This document shows, one piece after another, positions 8,859 through 19,671 of a stretch of DNA of 64,000 nt. This DNA comes from Chitinophagales bacterium (lineage in GTDB: Bacteria > Bacteroidota > Bacteroidia > Chitinophagales > UBA8649). Where the stretch lies: contig JACJYS010000001.1 in assembly GCA_020635995.1 (NCBI GenBank), positions 512,712 through 576,711 of the forward strand. Direction: 5' to 3'. The notes below the pieces were generated by a model. It searched no databases and was not told the origin of the DNA. It worked only from the letters and a program-made list of their open reading frames with translations. The first letter of the stretch is position 1. The number at the start of each line of letters is the position of its first letter. The position numbers and the translations under genes are program-made.

Positions 8859-11800
8859 TTACTTAACAATAACTCTTTTAGTTGTATAAGCACCTTCAGA
8901 AGAAATGTTGATGAAGTAAACTCCAGCAGCATTTTTATCTAAGTTAAATTCTACTATTTCTTTAGCATTAACATTAGTTAATTCTTTAGTAGCAATGGTA
9001 GTACCTATTACGTTAGTTATTTCTATTTTAATGTTATCGGCTTTAATATCAGCTATTTCTACATTCACTAATCCTTTAGTTGGGTTAGGATAAACAGAAA
9101 TAGAAGCATCTAATTCATTTCTATCAGCTATACCAGAAATAGTTACTGTTTTACATTCTTGCTGAGCTGTTTTATTAAATGGAGCGTCATTAAATCTATT
9201 TTTAGCTGTTAAACAAACCGTATAAGTTTGTCCCGCCATATATGTAGGAACACCAGGTGTAGAGTTTGGAGAAGTACTGGTTTGTCCATTTCCAAAATCC
9301 CACAAATATGAAGTTGGATTTCCTGTAGATGTGTTCGTTACAACAATACTATTAGATGTAGCAAAATATGTGAAATTTGGAGTTGGTTCAGTACCTACTC
9401 TAACTGTTAGGTTTTGGCTAGTACTATTTCCATTTTCATCTGTAGCAGTTACTACGGCAGTATAGTTTCCTGCTGTAGATGTGTTAACACTTGCATCATT
9501 AACAGTTACGTTTACAGTTTGACCACTACAGTTAGGGTCTGAAGCTGAAACTGAAGGAGCTACAAAGTTAGTGCCCACATAAGTATAGTTAACACCACCT
9601 TCTGTATAAGAATCGGCAGGAGTAACTAAGTCATTGTCATCTTCTACTGTTAATAATGGGGCGGTGTTATCTTCTACATAAACAGTTCTTGTAAACGTAG
9701 ATGTATTTGGAATAGGTGCATAGTCCGATGCAGTATAAGTTACAAGGTAACTACCTACAACATTTATATTTACAGCACTTGAATTTATAGTTACCGGCAC
9801 AGTATAATCTACTAAGTCAAAAGCGGTAGCACCTTGCTCATCGTAAGAGGTACAAACTTCTACAGAATCTGTAGCACCACCAGTTAACGTAATAATTGGA
9901 CCTTCTGTATCGTTAGAAATAATTTCTACATATCTAACTGCACTTGTTGAATTACCAGCATTATCTACTATTGTATATACATACGTAGCTAAACCTAAAC
10001 CTGTTGTTAAAGTAGGGTTAACATTGTCAGTTGTAGAAGGAGCAGCAGCAGGGTAGCAACCATTATCGTCATAGTTAATTCCCGGGTCAACATAAGTATC
10101 ACCAATAATAACCTGTAAAGTATCTGGTCCTATAAAAGTATATGTAGGTGGTGTATTATCCGGTGCTACGGTAACATTAATTTGAACAGTATCACTAACG
10201 TTTCCGGCATTATCTACTAAATATAAGTCATATAATCCGGAACCTGTAATAGAGCCTTGTACAAAGTTAACCATGTTTGTGTCTGGACCTTGAGGCACAT
10301 CATCAAAAACTAATATTTCTTCATAATCTTCAGCACTTGGATTACATCCTTGAGAAATAGTTAAATTATTAATACCTGGATCAAGTAATGCTAAAGTAGG
10401 GCAAGTTTCATCTAAAGGAGTAACTATGCTTGATAAAGGTATTTCATCATACATAATATCATTACTTAAATAAGGATGAGAGTAACCTGTAGGTGGTTGT
10501 AAAGCATTGCCTGGCAACGCATCTTGCATCCAAATTACAGGAATTGTGTTGTTATAAAATTTTCTTGGTAAACCAGGAAAAGCACATTCTAAAGTATCTT
10601 GGTTAGAAACATTAAATGGTCCTTCCCAAGTAGCACCACCGTCAGCAGATTTTAATAAATAAACATCTTTAAAGAAATAACCATCAGGAGATGCATTTAA
10701 TACTGAACTATCTAAAGGATCAATAATAGCGGTTCTCATTCTTGTATATGCTACTACTAAATTGCCGGCAGCATCATAAGATGCACTTGGTTGAGAAACT
10801 AAAGAAGATCTATATAAACCAAACTGAGTAAATTCAGGATCATTTATAACTGCACTTGTATATAAAGGATTACAGCCGGCATTTGCTTCTACTGTAAATC
10901 TTGAAGCATGTAAAATTACAGGCTCACTCATGCTTTCATTCCAATACATTAACCCTTCAGAAAAAGGATATACTGAACCGTCAGCATTAGGGTCATCTTT
11001 TAAATAATCTAAACGACCGGCCCAAACGTGAACATTATCATTATCGTCAACAATTACACTAAATGATTCATCTAAAATATCTTGTCTTTCTGCTGATTCT
11101 CCAGCTGCACCAGAGTAATTGTTAGCATTAGGATTGCCGTTGATATCTGTACTTCTTACTACGTCATGAGCCGTCCATGTTAAACCAAAATCTGTAGATT
11201 TTAGCATAAAAGTATTATATCTTCCTACTACAATAGCTACTGTTCCGTTTTGATTGGCATCTATGTCATAAACATCTCCACCTACATTTACAAAGTTGCT
11301 ACCATTTACAAATGGAATAAAAGACTGTGTCCATGTAGTTCCACCATCTGTAGAACGATGCATAAACATACCTCCGTCAACTCCGTTAACTAAAGTTCCT
11401 GTTTGTGCAGCACTAATTACTAAAATAGAATCGCCTGTTATAGCTACTCTTGGCCATGTGGCATCATCGGAAAATGAACCAGAAACGTTATTTGAGTTTA
11501 ATTCAGTAATATTCCACGCTGCACCAGAACCTAATGCTCTTTGCATAACTTGAATACCACCAAACGAAGCTGTGTTTCCAGCAAAGTGAGAAACAACAAT
11601 TTCATTTCCATTGTTTAAAATTCCAACGTTAGGCCAACCTGTTCTATCTAAGTCAGGTCTTTGATTGTTCCAGCCGTTTGTAGGTGCTGTTGTTGCAAAT
11701 GTTGGCTCAGACCAAACGCCAGAAGTGTTTTTGTAGTTGTAGCCTGTTCCACGGTCATCTGCCGCTTCTGAATATGTGTAACTTCTTGTGTAAGTTATTA

Positions 11801-11948
11801 CAACTTCTCCGGCAGCATTTGTAACTACCCTTCTGCAGTTTGAATTGTTAGTTTGAAGGTCATAAGTTGTCATACCCACTTTTGTTTGAGCAAACAAAGC
11901 TATAACCGCTAAACTAAACAAGTTTAATAGTAATGTTTTCTTCATCAT
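8859..11948 (-). CDS. large secreted T9SS cargo protein (BNR/Asp-box region, Ig-like repeats, PKD domain, type-A C-terminal sorting domain)
   Basis: Start trimmed to MMKKTLLL (signal peptide). Asp-boxes STDGGTTW, STDFGLTW and SADGGATW. PKD signature WDFGNGQTS. C-terminal ISVYPNPTKG...YFINISSEG...KRVIVK resembles the T9SS CTD. Confidence 0.85.
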   Translation of the reverse strand: MMKKTLLLNLFSLAVIALFAQTKVGMTTYDLQTNNSNCRRVVTNAAGEVVITYTRSYTYSEAADDRGTGYNYKNTSGVWSEPTFATTAPTNGWNNQRPDLDRTGWPNVGILNNGNEIVVSHFAGNTASFGGIQVMQRALGSGAAWNITELNSNNVSGSFSDDATWPRVAITGDSILVISAAQTGTLVNGVDGGMFMHRSTDGGTTWTQSFIPFVNGSNFVNVGGDVYDIDANQNGTVAIVVGRYNTFMLKSTDFGLTWTAHDVVRSTDINGNPNANNYSGAAGESAERQDILDESFSVIVDDNDNVHVWAGRLDYLKDDPNADGSVYPFSEGLMYWNESMSEPVILHASRFTVEANAGCNPLYTSAVINDPEFTQFGLYRSSLVSQPSASYDAAGNLVVAYTRMRTAIIDPLDSSVLNASPDGYFFKDVYLLKSADGGATWEGPFNVSNQDTLECAFPGLPRKFYNNTIPVIWMQDALPGNALQPPTGYSHPYLSNDIMYDEIPLSSIVTPLDETCPTLALLDPGINNLTISQGCNPSAEDYEEILVFDDVPQGPDTNMVNFVQGSITGSGLYDLYLVDNAGNVSDTVQINVTVAPDNTPPTYTFIGPDTLQVIIGDTYVDPGINYDDNGCYPAAAPSTTDNVNPTLTTGLGLATYVYTIVDNAGNSTSAVRYVEIISNDTEGPIITLTGGATDSVEVCTSYDEQGATAFDLVDYTVPVTINSSAVNINVVGSYLVTYTASDYAPIPNTSTFTRTVYVEDNTAPLLTVEDDNDLVTPADSYTEGGVNYTYVGTNFVAPSVSASDPNCSGQTVNVTVNDASVNTSTAGNYTAVVTATDENGNSTSQNLTVRVGTEPTPNFTYFATSNSIVVTNTSTGNPTSYLWDFGNGQTSTSPNSTPGVPTYMAGQTYTVCLTAKNRFNDAPFNKTAQQECKTVTISGIADRNELDASISVYPNPTKGLVNVEIADIKADNIKIEITNVIGTTIATKELTNVNAKEIVEFNLDKNAAGVYFINISSEGAYTTKRVIVK

Positions 11949-12077
11949 ATTTTGTTTAATTATTAATAATGTTAATTCAGCCTCTAAAGTTACTAAAAAA
12001 ACAAAGACTTGCAATTTTTTTTACAACATTAATGTGTTAAAATGTAATAAGAAGTTAAAATTGACGGAAAAATGACT

Positions 12078-13955
12078 TTATTTTTTCTTTTTTTGTTGTT
12101 CTTGTATCTGTTGTTGCTGTTTATATATTTCTTCCATTTTAGCAGCAAAACCTGATTTTTTCTTAGGCTTTTTCTTGTTTTCTTGTATTTGTGCGTGCAA
12201 TTTATCTTCGTCAATAAAAAATTTATTGATAACAATTTGTTGCCCAAATGTTATCATGTTTGATAAGAAGTAATAGTACGTTAAAGCTGCCGGAAAATTG
12301 TTAAATAAAAACAACAAGAAAAATGGGAATATATATGGCATATATTTCATCATTTCCATGCCGGGCTGTGCCGGCTGCGATTGCATTTGAGGATTAAACC
12401 TTGCCATTAAAAGCGAAGATGCTGTCATTAGCAAAGTAAATATACTTAAATGATGCCCCAACAAAGGAATGCTTTTAGCCCATGTTAAAAATGGCACGGT
12501 ATCAAATGTAGATAAATCTTGTGCCCACAAGAAACTTTCTTGTCTTAACTCTATAGAAGAAGGGAAAAAGTAAAACATTGCCAGTAAAAACGGCATTTGT
12601 AATAACATAGGCAGGCAACCGCCAAACATACTTACTCCCGCCTTGCTGTACAGCTCCATTTGTGCTCTTGAATAGCCCGCAGAATCGTCCTTGTATTTTT
12701 CTTTTAGCTCTTCCAGCTCTGGTTTTAAAAGCTTGGTTTTAGCCATTGAAACATAAGATTTTAATGTTAAAGGCATTAATAAAAGCTTTATTATTAAAGT
12801 CATTATTAAAATAATGATACCATAGTTGGGTATAAATTTTTCTAAGAAATTAAATAGCGGAATAATTAACCATGCGTTTATCCATTTAACCCATCTAAAT
12901 AAAAAGAAATCGGCACTTAAATCTACTATGTTTTGCATGCCGTTTTTCATTTTCTTTAATAAACGGTAGTCATTTGGTCCATAATATAATTGTAGTGCAT
13001 ATTCTGAACTTGAGTTTTCAACGGTTACAGGCATGTTTATTTTGCCATCAAAATGGGCTACCACAGTAGTGTCATTATTATCTATGTTAGAAGCTACATC
13101 TATATTGTTAAATAATGATGCATTGTTTAAAAGTGTAACGTTAAAAAAACGTTGTCTAAAACTCAACCATTTAGATTTACTTTCTACTTTTTCATCTTTA
13201 GAACGTCCTATGGCTAAATGGCTAACTTTATCATCTTCGGTTTTCCAAAAAGCAGTAGATTTTTGCTTTTCACTTTTAATATCTTGCTCGTGTATTTGGG
13301 TGCTTAATTGCCAGTTTAAAGCTATATTTTGTGTGTTAGAACTTAGCTCGCTATTTAAGTTTTTAAAATTGACATTATAATCTACTAAATAAGATTCAGG
13401 AGCAAGTGTATAGTTTATTTCTATTGATTTTCCATTGCCTAAAGGTGTTGAAAATACTACTGAATTTCCATTTTGTTTAGCGGTAAAATATAAATCTTTA
13501 GTTTGTATTTTATTGCCCGTTTTTGTATCAAAAGCATAGTTTATTTCTTGCGAATTTTCTACAAGCATTAAAGGGTTTTGGCTAAAATCTTTAAACTTTT
13601 TTAATTCTACTTCTTTTACTTGAGCTCCTTTAGAACTTAATACTACTTTTAGTAGCTCATTTTCTATGCTAAAAGTTTCTTCGTTTCCGGTAGAGTATTG
13701 AGCAAAATCGCCAAACTGATTGCTTAGTTTTTGATTTTCTAAAAAGGCTTTTGTAGAATCTGATATAGTATCTGAATATTGTACGGTTTCTTCAAGAGTA
13801 GTATCTACAGCGGTAGAATCTGTTTGTTCAGTATTAGTTGTGGTAGTATCATTGGTTTGTTTTTCCGGAGCACATGTTCTTAACATTATGATGTACACCA
13901 AAATACTAATCAAAATAATACCTATGTATTGTCCTTTCCCTTCGTTCATTGACAA
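12078..13955 (-). CDS. yidC: membrane protein insertase YidC
   Basis: 625 aa. N-terminal TM, a large periplasmic domain, then the conserved 5-TM core (GIIILIMTLIIKLLLMPL). Q/K-rich tail. Confidence 0.9.
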   Translation of the reverse strand: MSMNEGKGQYIGIILISILVYIIMLRTCAPEKQTNDTTTTNTEQTDSTAVDTTLEETVQYSDTISDSTKAFLENQKLSNQFGDFAQYSTGNEETFSIENELLKVVLSSKGAQVKEVELKKFKDFSQNPLMLVENSQEINYAFDTKTGNKIQTKDLYFTAKQNGNSVVFSTPLGNGKSIEINYTLAPESYLVDYNVNFKNLNSELSSNTQNIALNWQLSTQIHEQDIKSEKQKSTAFWKTEDDKVSHLAIGRSKDEKVESKSKWLSFRQRFFNVTLLNNASLFNNIDVASNIDNNDTTVVAHFDGKINMPVTVENSSSEYALQLYYGPNDYRLLKKMKNGMQNIVDLSADFFLFRWVKWINAWLIIPLFNFLEKFIPNYGIIILIMTLIIKLLLMPLTLKSYVSMAKTKLLKPELEELKEKYKDDSAGYSRAQMELYSKAGVSMFGGCLPMLLQMPFLLAMFYFFPSSIELRQESFLWAQDLSTFDTVPFLTWAKSIPLLGHHLSIFTLLMTASSLLMARFNPQMQSQPAQPGMEMMKYMPYIFPFFLLFLFNNFPAALTYYYFLSNMITFGQQIVINKFFIDEDKLHAQIQENKKKPKKKSGFAAKMEEIYKQQQQIQEQQKKKK

Positions 13956-14072
13956 ATTTTATATAAAGAGTTATTTTCTAATATCAGGAGCAAGTATATC
14001 AAATTATTTATAGCAAAAGATATACACCCCTTGTTTTAAGCAGGCAAAGGTAAGGTTTTTATTATAATGAAA

Positions 14073-15419
14073 TTAAAAAATACCTACATAGTTGCTGGGA
14101 GAAATGGCTTTTAACTCTTTTTTTAAATTATCGTTAATTTTTAAAGCATCTATAAAAGCATGAATTTCTTGTTTTCCTACTTTTTGGTTTGTTCTTGTTA
14201 AATCTCTCAGCTGCTCATAAGGATTAGGTATGCCTTCTCTTCTAAGTACAGTTTGTATAGCTTCGGCTACTACCAGCCAGTTTTGTTCTAAATCATCGGC
14301 TATTTTAGCTTTGTTTATCAGTAATTTATCTAAACCTTTAAGTATGGCTTGCAGGGCTATTTGAGTATGAGCTATAGGTACGCCTATATTTCTAAGCACA
14401 GTAGAATCGGTTAAATCTCTTTGCAAACGAGATATAGGAAGCTTGCTTGATAAATGCTGGTATAAAGCATTGGCAATACCTAAATTTCCTTCTGCATTTT
14501 CAAAATCTATAGGATTTACTTTATGAGGCATGGCAGATGAGCCTACTTCTCCTTTTTTAATTTTTTGTTTAAAATAATCCATAGAAATATACGTCCATAT
14601 ATCTCTACAAAAATCTATTAGTATGGTATTTATTCTTTTAGAAGCGTCAAAATAAGCCGCCAAAAAATCGTAATGTTCTATTTGAGTAGTGTATTGGTAG
14701 CGGTATAAACCTAAGCGTTCCTCTACAAAATTATTGGCAAAATCTGTCCAGTTTTTATTGGGATAAGCTACGTGGTGGGCATTAAAATTTCCTGTAGCTC
14801 CACCAAATTTAGCCGCTATGGGCAGTTCAGAAATAATGTCAATTTGATTAACCAATCTCTCTACAAAAACCATAATTTCTTTTCCCAATTTTGTAGGGCT
14901 TGCCGGTTGCCCGTGTGTGCGTGCCAGCATGGGAATATCCATCCATTCGTTTGCTATTTCTTGCAAAGTATCTGTAAGTTCTTTTAGTTTGGGCAACATA
15001 ACTTTTTCATCGGCATTTCTTAGCATTAAAGGGAAAGCAGTATTATTTATGTCTTGAGAAGTTAAGCCAAAATGAATAAATTCTTTAAAATCGGACAAAC
15101 CAAGTGCATCAAATTTTTCTTTTATAAAATACTCCACGGCTTTAACATCATGATTAGTTATTTTTTCTGTGGCTTTAATTTTTTCGGCATCTTGCAAACC
15201 AAAATTTTCGTAAATACTTTTAACCGCTTTTGCTTTAGCTTTTGGAAAATTTTTAAGCTGTGGAATATTAAAATCTATAAGTGCTAAAAAGTACTCTATT
15301 TCTACTACTACACGATATTTTATTAGTGCAAATTCAGAAAAATAATCGGCAAGTTGGTTAGTTTTATTTTGGTATCTGCCATCTATAGGAGATATGGCTG
15401 TGAGAGCTGAAAATTCCAT
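14073..15419 (-). CDS. purB: adenylosuccinate lyase
   Basis: 448 aa. Fumarate-lyase signature GSSAMPHKVNP and the N-terminal SPIDGRY motif. Confidence 0.92.
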   Translation of the reverse strand: MEFSALTAISPIDGRYQNKTNQLADYFSEFALIKYRVVVEIEYFLALIDFNIPQLKNFPKAKAKAVKSIYENFGLQDAEKIKATEKITNHDVKAVEYFIKEKFDALGLSDFKEFIHFGLTSQDINNTAFPLMLRNADEKVMLPKLKELTDTLQEIANEWMDIPMLARTHGQPASPTKLGKEIMVFVERLVNQIDIISELPIAAKFGGATGNFNAHHVAYPNKNWTDFANNFVEERLGLYRYQYTTQIEHYDFLAAYFDASKRINTILIDFCRDIWTYISMDYFKQKIKKGEVGSSAMPHKVNPIDFENAEGNLGIANALYQHLSSKLPISRLQRDLTDSTVLRNIGVPIAHTQIALQAILKGLDKLLINKAKIADDLEQNWLVVAEAIQTVLRREGIPNPYEQLRDLTRTNQKVGKQEIHAFIDALKINDNLKKELKAISPSNYVGIF

Positions 15420-15566
15420 TGAGTATTTTAAATTTTAGCACAAAAATAGTGTTTTAAAGAACTAAAACTGGTGTAAAATTTGTTAGAAATTAAATAATTA
15501 TCATAATAATTTTAAAAAGTAAAATTACATTTGTTGAAAATTTTGCAATAATAAACCATCAAAAGC

Positions 15567-17897
15567 ATGTCTAAAAAGCTCGTAATAGTAGAGTCTCCTT
15601 CAAAAGCTAAAACCATTCAAAAATATTTGGGTAATGATTATATAATTGAATCTTCTTACGGTCATGTAAGAGATTTGCCTAAAAAAGATATATCTATAGA
15701 TATAGAAAACAACTTTAAACCAAAATATGTTGTAAGCAACGATAAAAAAGAAGTTGTAAAAAAATTAAAGAAATTAGCCAAAGAAGTAGATGAAGTGCTG
15801 TTAGCTACGGATGAAGACCGTGAGGGAGAAGCTATTTCGTGGCATTTGTGCGAAATTTTAGGATTAAACCCTGAAGATGCAAAGAGAATTACATACACCG
15901 AAGTAACAAAAGATGCTATTGTTAGAGCTATTCAAAATCCCAGAAAATTAAATATGGGATTGGTAAATGCTCAGCAGGCAAGAAGAGTTTTAGACAGAAT
16001 AGTAGGTTACGAACTTTCGCCTGTTTTATGGAAAAAAGTAAAGCCGTCATTATCGGCAGGTAGAGTGCAGTCTGTAGCTGTGCGTATAATAGTAGAGAGA
16101 GAAAGAGAAATTACCAATTTTACTACAGAAAATTATTTTAATGTATCTGCTCAATTTGTTGTGTTAGATAAAAAAGGCAATAAATCAATATTATATGCAA
16201 AATTGCCTGAAAAACTGCAAACTGAAAAAGAGGTAGAAGACTTTTTAGAAGCTTGCAAAAAAGGAAAATTTAGTATAGCAGATATTGAGAAAAAACCTTC
16301 GTTTAGAAATCCTTCAGCTCCGTTTATAACTTCTACTTTGCAGCAAGAAGCAAGTAGAAAATTGAGCTTTTCGGTAAGTAAAACCATGTCGGTAGCACAG
16401 CAACTGTATGAAGAAGGGCATATAACTTATATGAGAACAGATTCTGTAACACTGTCTCAAACCGCCATAAGCCAAGCAGCAGCTATAATAGAAAGTAATT
16501 ATGGCAAAGAGTATGTAAATACCCGACAGTTTACCACTAAAAATAAAGATGCACAAGAAGCTCACGAAGCTATACGACCTACAAATTTTGCAAGTGATAA
16601 AGCCGGAACAACAAGCGACCAAAAACGCCTTTACGATTTAATATGGAAAAGAGCTATTGCTTCGCAAATGGCAAAAGCTAAATTAGAAAGAACCATTGTT
16701 TCTGTTAAAGCCGATACTACTTCTAAAATTTTTGAAGCAAAGGGAGAAGTACTTTTATTTGACGGATTTTTAAAAGTATATTTAGAAGGAAAAGATGATG
16801 GCGATGAAGAGGAAGAAATGGACGGCATATTGCCTCCAATAAGTGTAGGGCAGGAGCTTGGTTTAAAACAAATACAAGGTGTAGAGCGTTTTACCCGACC
16901 AGGAGCAAGATATACCGAAGCCAGTTTAGTAAAAAAATTAGAAGAATTAGGTATAGGACGACCTTCAACTTACGCTCCTACTATTTCTACTATTCAAAAA
17001 AGAAATTATATAGAAAAAACAAGCAGAGAAGGAGAGGAAAGAAAATATAGAGTGCTTACGCTTGAAAATGATAAAATTTCTGCTAAAACTGAAACAGAAA
17101 TAACAGGAGCAGAAAACAATAAACTTTTTCCTACCGATATAGGAATGGTAGTTAATGACTTTTTAATAGAACATTTTAAAGACATTATGGACTACGATTT
17201 CACGGCACAAATGGAGCAATCTTTTGATAATATAGAAGAAGGAAAAACCAAATGGAGTGCTATGGTTTCTAAATTTTATAAGCCATTTCACGATAATGTA
17301 GAAAAAACCTTAGAAGAAGCCGATAGAGCTTCGGGAGAAAGAATATTAGGCACTCATCCTCAAAATGGAAGAACCGTGTTAGTGCGTGTAGGTCGCTATG
17401 GACCAATGGCACAAATAGGCACACCGGAAGATGAAGAAAAACCTGAATTTGCAAAACTTTTGCCTACTCAAAGTATAGAAACCATTACTTTAGAAGAAGC
17501 ATTGGAGTTGTTTAAATTGCCAAGAGATTTAGGCGAGTTTGAAGGAAAAGTAATAAAAGCTTCAATTGGCAGATTTGGACCGTATGTTTTGCATAACAAA
17601 GTGTTTGTTTCTATACCAAAGGCAAGTGGGTTAGACCCAAATACTATAAATGTGCAAGAAGCCGTAGAACTGATAAAAGCAAAACGTGAAGCAGATGCCA
17701 ATAAATTTATAATGGCATTTGAAGAAGAAGATATTCAGGTGCTAAATGGAAGATGGGGACCTTATATTAAAAAAGGAAAACAAAATTTTAAAATTCCTAA
17801 AGGTGTAGAAGCAGAAAAATTGACTTTAGAAAAAGTAAATGAAATAATAGCTAATCAACCGCAAAAGAAAAGAGGCGGAAGAGCAAGGAAGAAGTAG
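15567..17897 (+). CDS. topA: DNA topoisomerase I
   Basis: 776 aa. TOPRIM N-terminus LVIVESPSKAKTIQKYLG and the catalytic-Tyr region ITYMRTDS. Basic C-terminal tail. Confidence 0.93.
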   Translation: MSKKLVIVESPSKAKTIQKYLGNDYIIESSYGHVRDLPKKDISIDIENNFKPKYVVSNDKKEVVKKLKKLAKEVDEVLLATDEDREGEAISWHLCEILGLNPEDAKRITYTEVTKDAIVRAIQNPRKLNMGLVNAQQARRVLDRIVGYELSPVLWKKVKPSLSAGRVQSVAVRIIVEREREITNFTTENYFNVSAQFVVLDKKGNKSILYAKLPEKLQTEKEVEDFLEACKKGKFSIADIEKKPSFRNPSAPFITSTLQQEASRKLSFSVSKTMSVAQQLYEEGHITYMRTDSVTLSQTAISQAAAIIESNYGKEYVNTRQFTTKNKDAQEAHEAIRPTNFASDKAGTTSDQKRLYDLIWKRAIASQMAKAKLERTIVSVKADTTSKIFEAKGEVLLFDGFLKVYLEGKDDGDEEEEMDGILPPISVGQELGLKQIQGVERFTRPGARYTEASLVKKLEELGIGRPSTYAPTISTIQKRNYIEKTSREGEERKYRVLTLENDKISAKTETEITGAENNKLFPTDIGMVVNDFLIEHFKDIMDYDFTAQMEQSFDNIEEGKTKWSAMVSKFYKPFHDNVEKTLEEADRASGERILGTHPQNGRTVLVRVGRYGPMAQIGTPEDEEKPEFAKLLPTQSIETITLEEALELFKLPRDLGEFEGKVIKASIGRFGPYVLHNKVFVSIPKASGLDPNTINVQEAVELIKAKREADANKFIMAFEEEDIQVLNGRWGPYIKKGKQNFKIPKGVEAEKLTLEKVNEIIANQPQKKRGGRARKK

Positions 17898-17932
17898 GGA
17901 GTATAGAGTACTTACTATTGAATAAAGAAACA

Positions 17933-18802
17933 ATGAATAACCATTCAGAAATACAAGCTTTAATAAGTCTTTTAGATGACGAGGACGAAGAAATAATAGA
18001 AAATGTTTCTAATAAGCTTATTTCTTATGGCAAACCTATATTGGCTACATTAGAAGAAGCGTGGGGCTGCCAAGATTATTCTGCTTTGCACTTTGAAAAA
18101 ATAGAGAAAATAATAGCTAAAATACACTTTGATGATATTTATCAGCAGTTAAATATTTGGCTTAAAGATGATTTTGCTACTTTAATTGACGGAGCGTTAA
18201 TTATAGCTCAACTTTTTTATCACGATTTAGATAAAGACAAGTTTAATGAAGAATTAGCCAAACAAAAACAAAAAATTTGGTTAGAACTCAATAACAACTA
18301 TACGGCTTTAGAAAACATAAATATATTTAATCAAGTATTTTATAATGTATTAGGATATAAAGGTGTAAAAACTAAAGAATTTCAGTACAATCATTTTTGT
18401 GTAAACAATGTTTTAGATACCAGACAAGGTGCTCCTATAGCTTTAGGAATTTTATATATTTCATTAGCTCAGCAGTTAGATTTGCCCGTTTATGGGGTTA
18501 ATTTATATAAGCACTTTGTATTAGCTTATCAAAAGAATTTTGTTTACGATTTCACTCAAGAAAATTCAAGTGAAACAATTTTTTACATGAATCCTTCTAA
18601 TAAGGGCGTGTCTTTTTTTAAGAAAGAGATATTAAGTTATTTAGCATCTTCAAAAGTAGAACCTAAAACCGTGTATTTTGAACCGGCATCTCCGTTTGCT
18701 ATAATTAAAGAGTTGTTGCGATATTTATATTACACTCATGTAGCTCAAAATGATGAAAGCAAAGTGCATCAAATAAAATTGTTGGTGCAGCTTTTTGATT
18801 AG
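17933..18802 (+). CDS. SirB1/transglutaminase-like family protein
   Basis: The core RQGAPIALGILYISLAQQLDLPVYGVNLYKHFVL resembles the SirB1 (UPF0162) motif. ATG at 17933 is preferred over the TTG at 17918 used in the ORF track. Confidence 0.7.
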   Translation: MNNHSEIQALISLLDDEDEEIIENVSNKLISYGKPILATLEEAWGCQDYSALHFEKIEKIIAKIHFDDIYQQLNIWLKDDFATLIDGALIIAQLFYHDLDKDKFNEELAKQKQKIWLELNNNYTALENINIFNQVFYNVLGYKGVKTKEFQYNHFCVNNVLDTRQGAPIALGILYISLAQQLDLPVYGVNLYKHFVLAYQKNFVYDFTQENSSETIFYMNPSNKGVSFFKKEILSYLASSKVEPKTVYFEPASPFAIIKELLRYLYYTHVAQNDESKVHQIKLLVQLFD

Positions 18803-18803
18803 A

Positions 18804-19586
18804 TTATGCAATAAACTCCACATCAAAAAGATGTAAACCCGATTGTGGAGCTATAAAATTCCATTGTTTGCCATCATTATTTTTGGCAATAGAATGTTTA
18901 AACTCAGTTATAGAAATTTCTCTCTCTCCTATTTTAGCCAATACAGCCATCATATATCTAATTTGATAACGCAAAAATCCGGCTCCTTTTACCACCAAAA
19001 CATAAGATTGCTTAGGAAAAAAACTTCCTGTCAAATAAACGTTTTCATTTAAGTGGCAAGTTGTTATTTCTCTTTCTAAAATGGTATTTTCTGTGGGCTG
19101 GCAACAGTATTTTTTAAAATGGTGTGTTCCTTCAAAAAAAGTAGCAGCATTTTTCATGGCATCTAAATCTGCTATATTATTAAAGTTAGACATAAACGGA
19201 GCAGCATAAGGGTGCAATTTTTCATTTATGGCAAAATAATAGTGGTAAGTTTTTATTTTAGGAGCGTTTATAATGGCAAAATCTAAACTGCAAGGTTCAA
19301 TATTTAAGCATTTAAAATCATTAGGGCAGTTTTTGTTGAATGATATAATAAATGCAGCATCTTCTATTTTTTCATTACAAAACAACTGTAAAGGATAATT
19401 TTGAGCCGAAACCATAGCATCTAATCTTCCTGCTCCTATGGTTTTAAAGTTAGTATGCTTAAAAACAAAACTCAATGTTTTATCTACGCTATCGTGTATG
19501 GTTTTTAGCCCGGGTTGTTTTTGCCAGCCATGAAATCTAAAGCCTAAAAATTGAATTCTTATTAAATATGAGTACTGATATTTCAT
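18804..19586 (-). CDS. divergent TruA-family tRNA pseudouridine synthase
   Basis: 260 aa. FHGWQKQPG and GAGRLDAMVSA align to the TruA GWQ.Q and GAGRTDAGVHA motifs. The catalytic Asp is kept but the rest of the motif is divergent. Confidence 0.65.
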   Translation of the reverse strand: MKYQYSYLIRIQFLGFRFHGWQKQPGLKTIHDSVDKTLSFVFKHTNFKTIGAGRLDAMVSAQNYPLQLFCNEKIEDAAFIISFNKNCPNDFKCLNIEPCSLDFAIINAPKIKTYHYYFAINEKLHPYAAPFMSNFNNIADLDAMKNAATFFEGTHHFKKYCCQPTENTILEREITTCHLNENVYLTGSFFPKQSYVLVVKGAGFLRYQIRYMMAVLAKIGEREISITEFKHSIAKNNDGKQWNFIAPQSGLHLFDVEFIA

Positions 19587-19671
19587 TAAAAACGTAAAAA
19601 TAGGACAAAATAAATGGTTTTTTTATCGCTTTTACTTTGTAGTTTTGCAGAATAATCACTATAATAATCAA

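Noticed and set aside
11949-12014. N-terminal extension MQVFVFLVTLEAELTLLIIKQN of the large cargo protein
   Set aside because: A standard signal peptide begins at MMKKTLLL (11948). The extension has no signal-like properties.
16151-16828. Antisense ORFs nested in well-supported genes (for example 16151-16387, 16314-16622 and 16631-16828 in topA; also 3169-3525, 11296-11553, 13033-13380, 27626-28065, 31033-31344, 56659-56970)
   Set aside because: Each lies wholly inside a CDS with strong family motifs on the other strand and encodes a low-complexity peptide. These are typical shadow ORFs.
17918-17932. TTG-start extensions of track ORFs (here, and 19645-19671)
   Set aside because: In-frame ATG codons follow closely (17933 and 19672). 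The 19672 ATG gives a proper lipoprotein signal.
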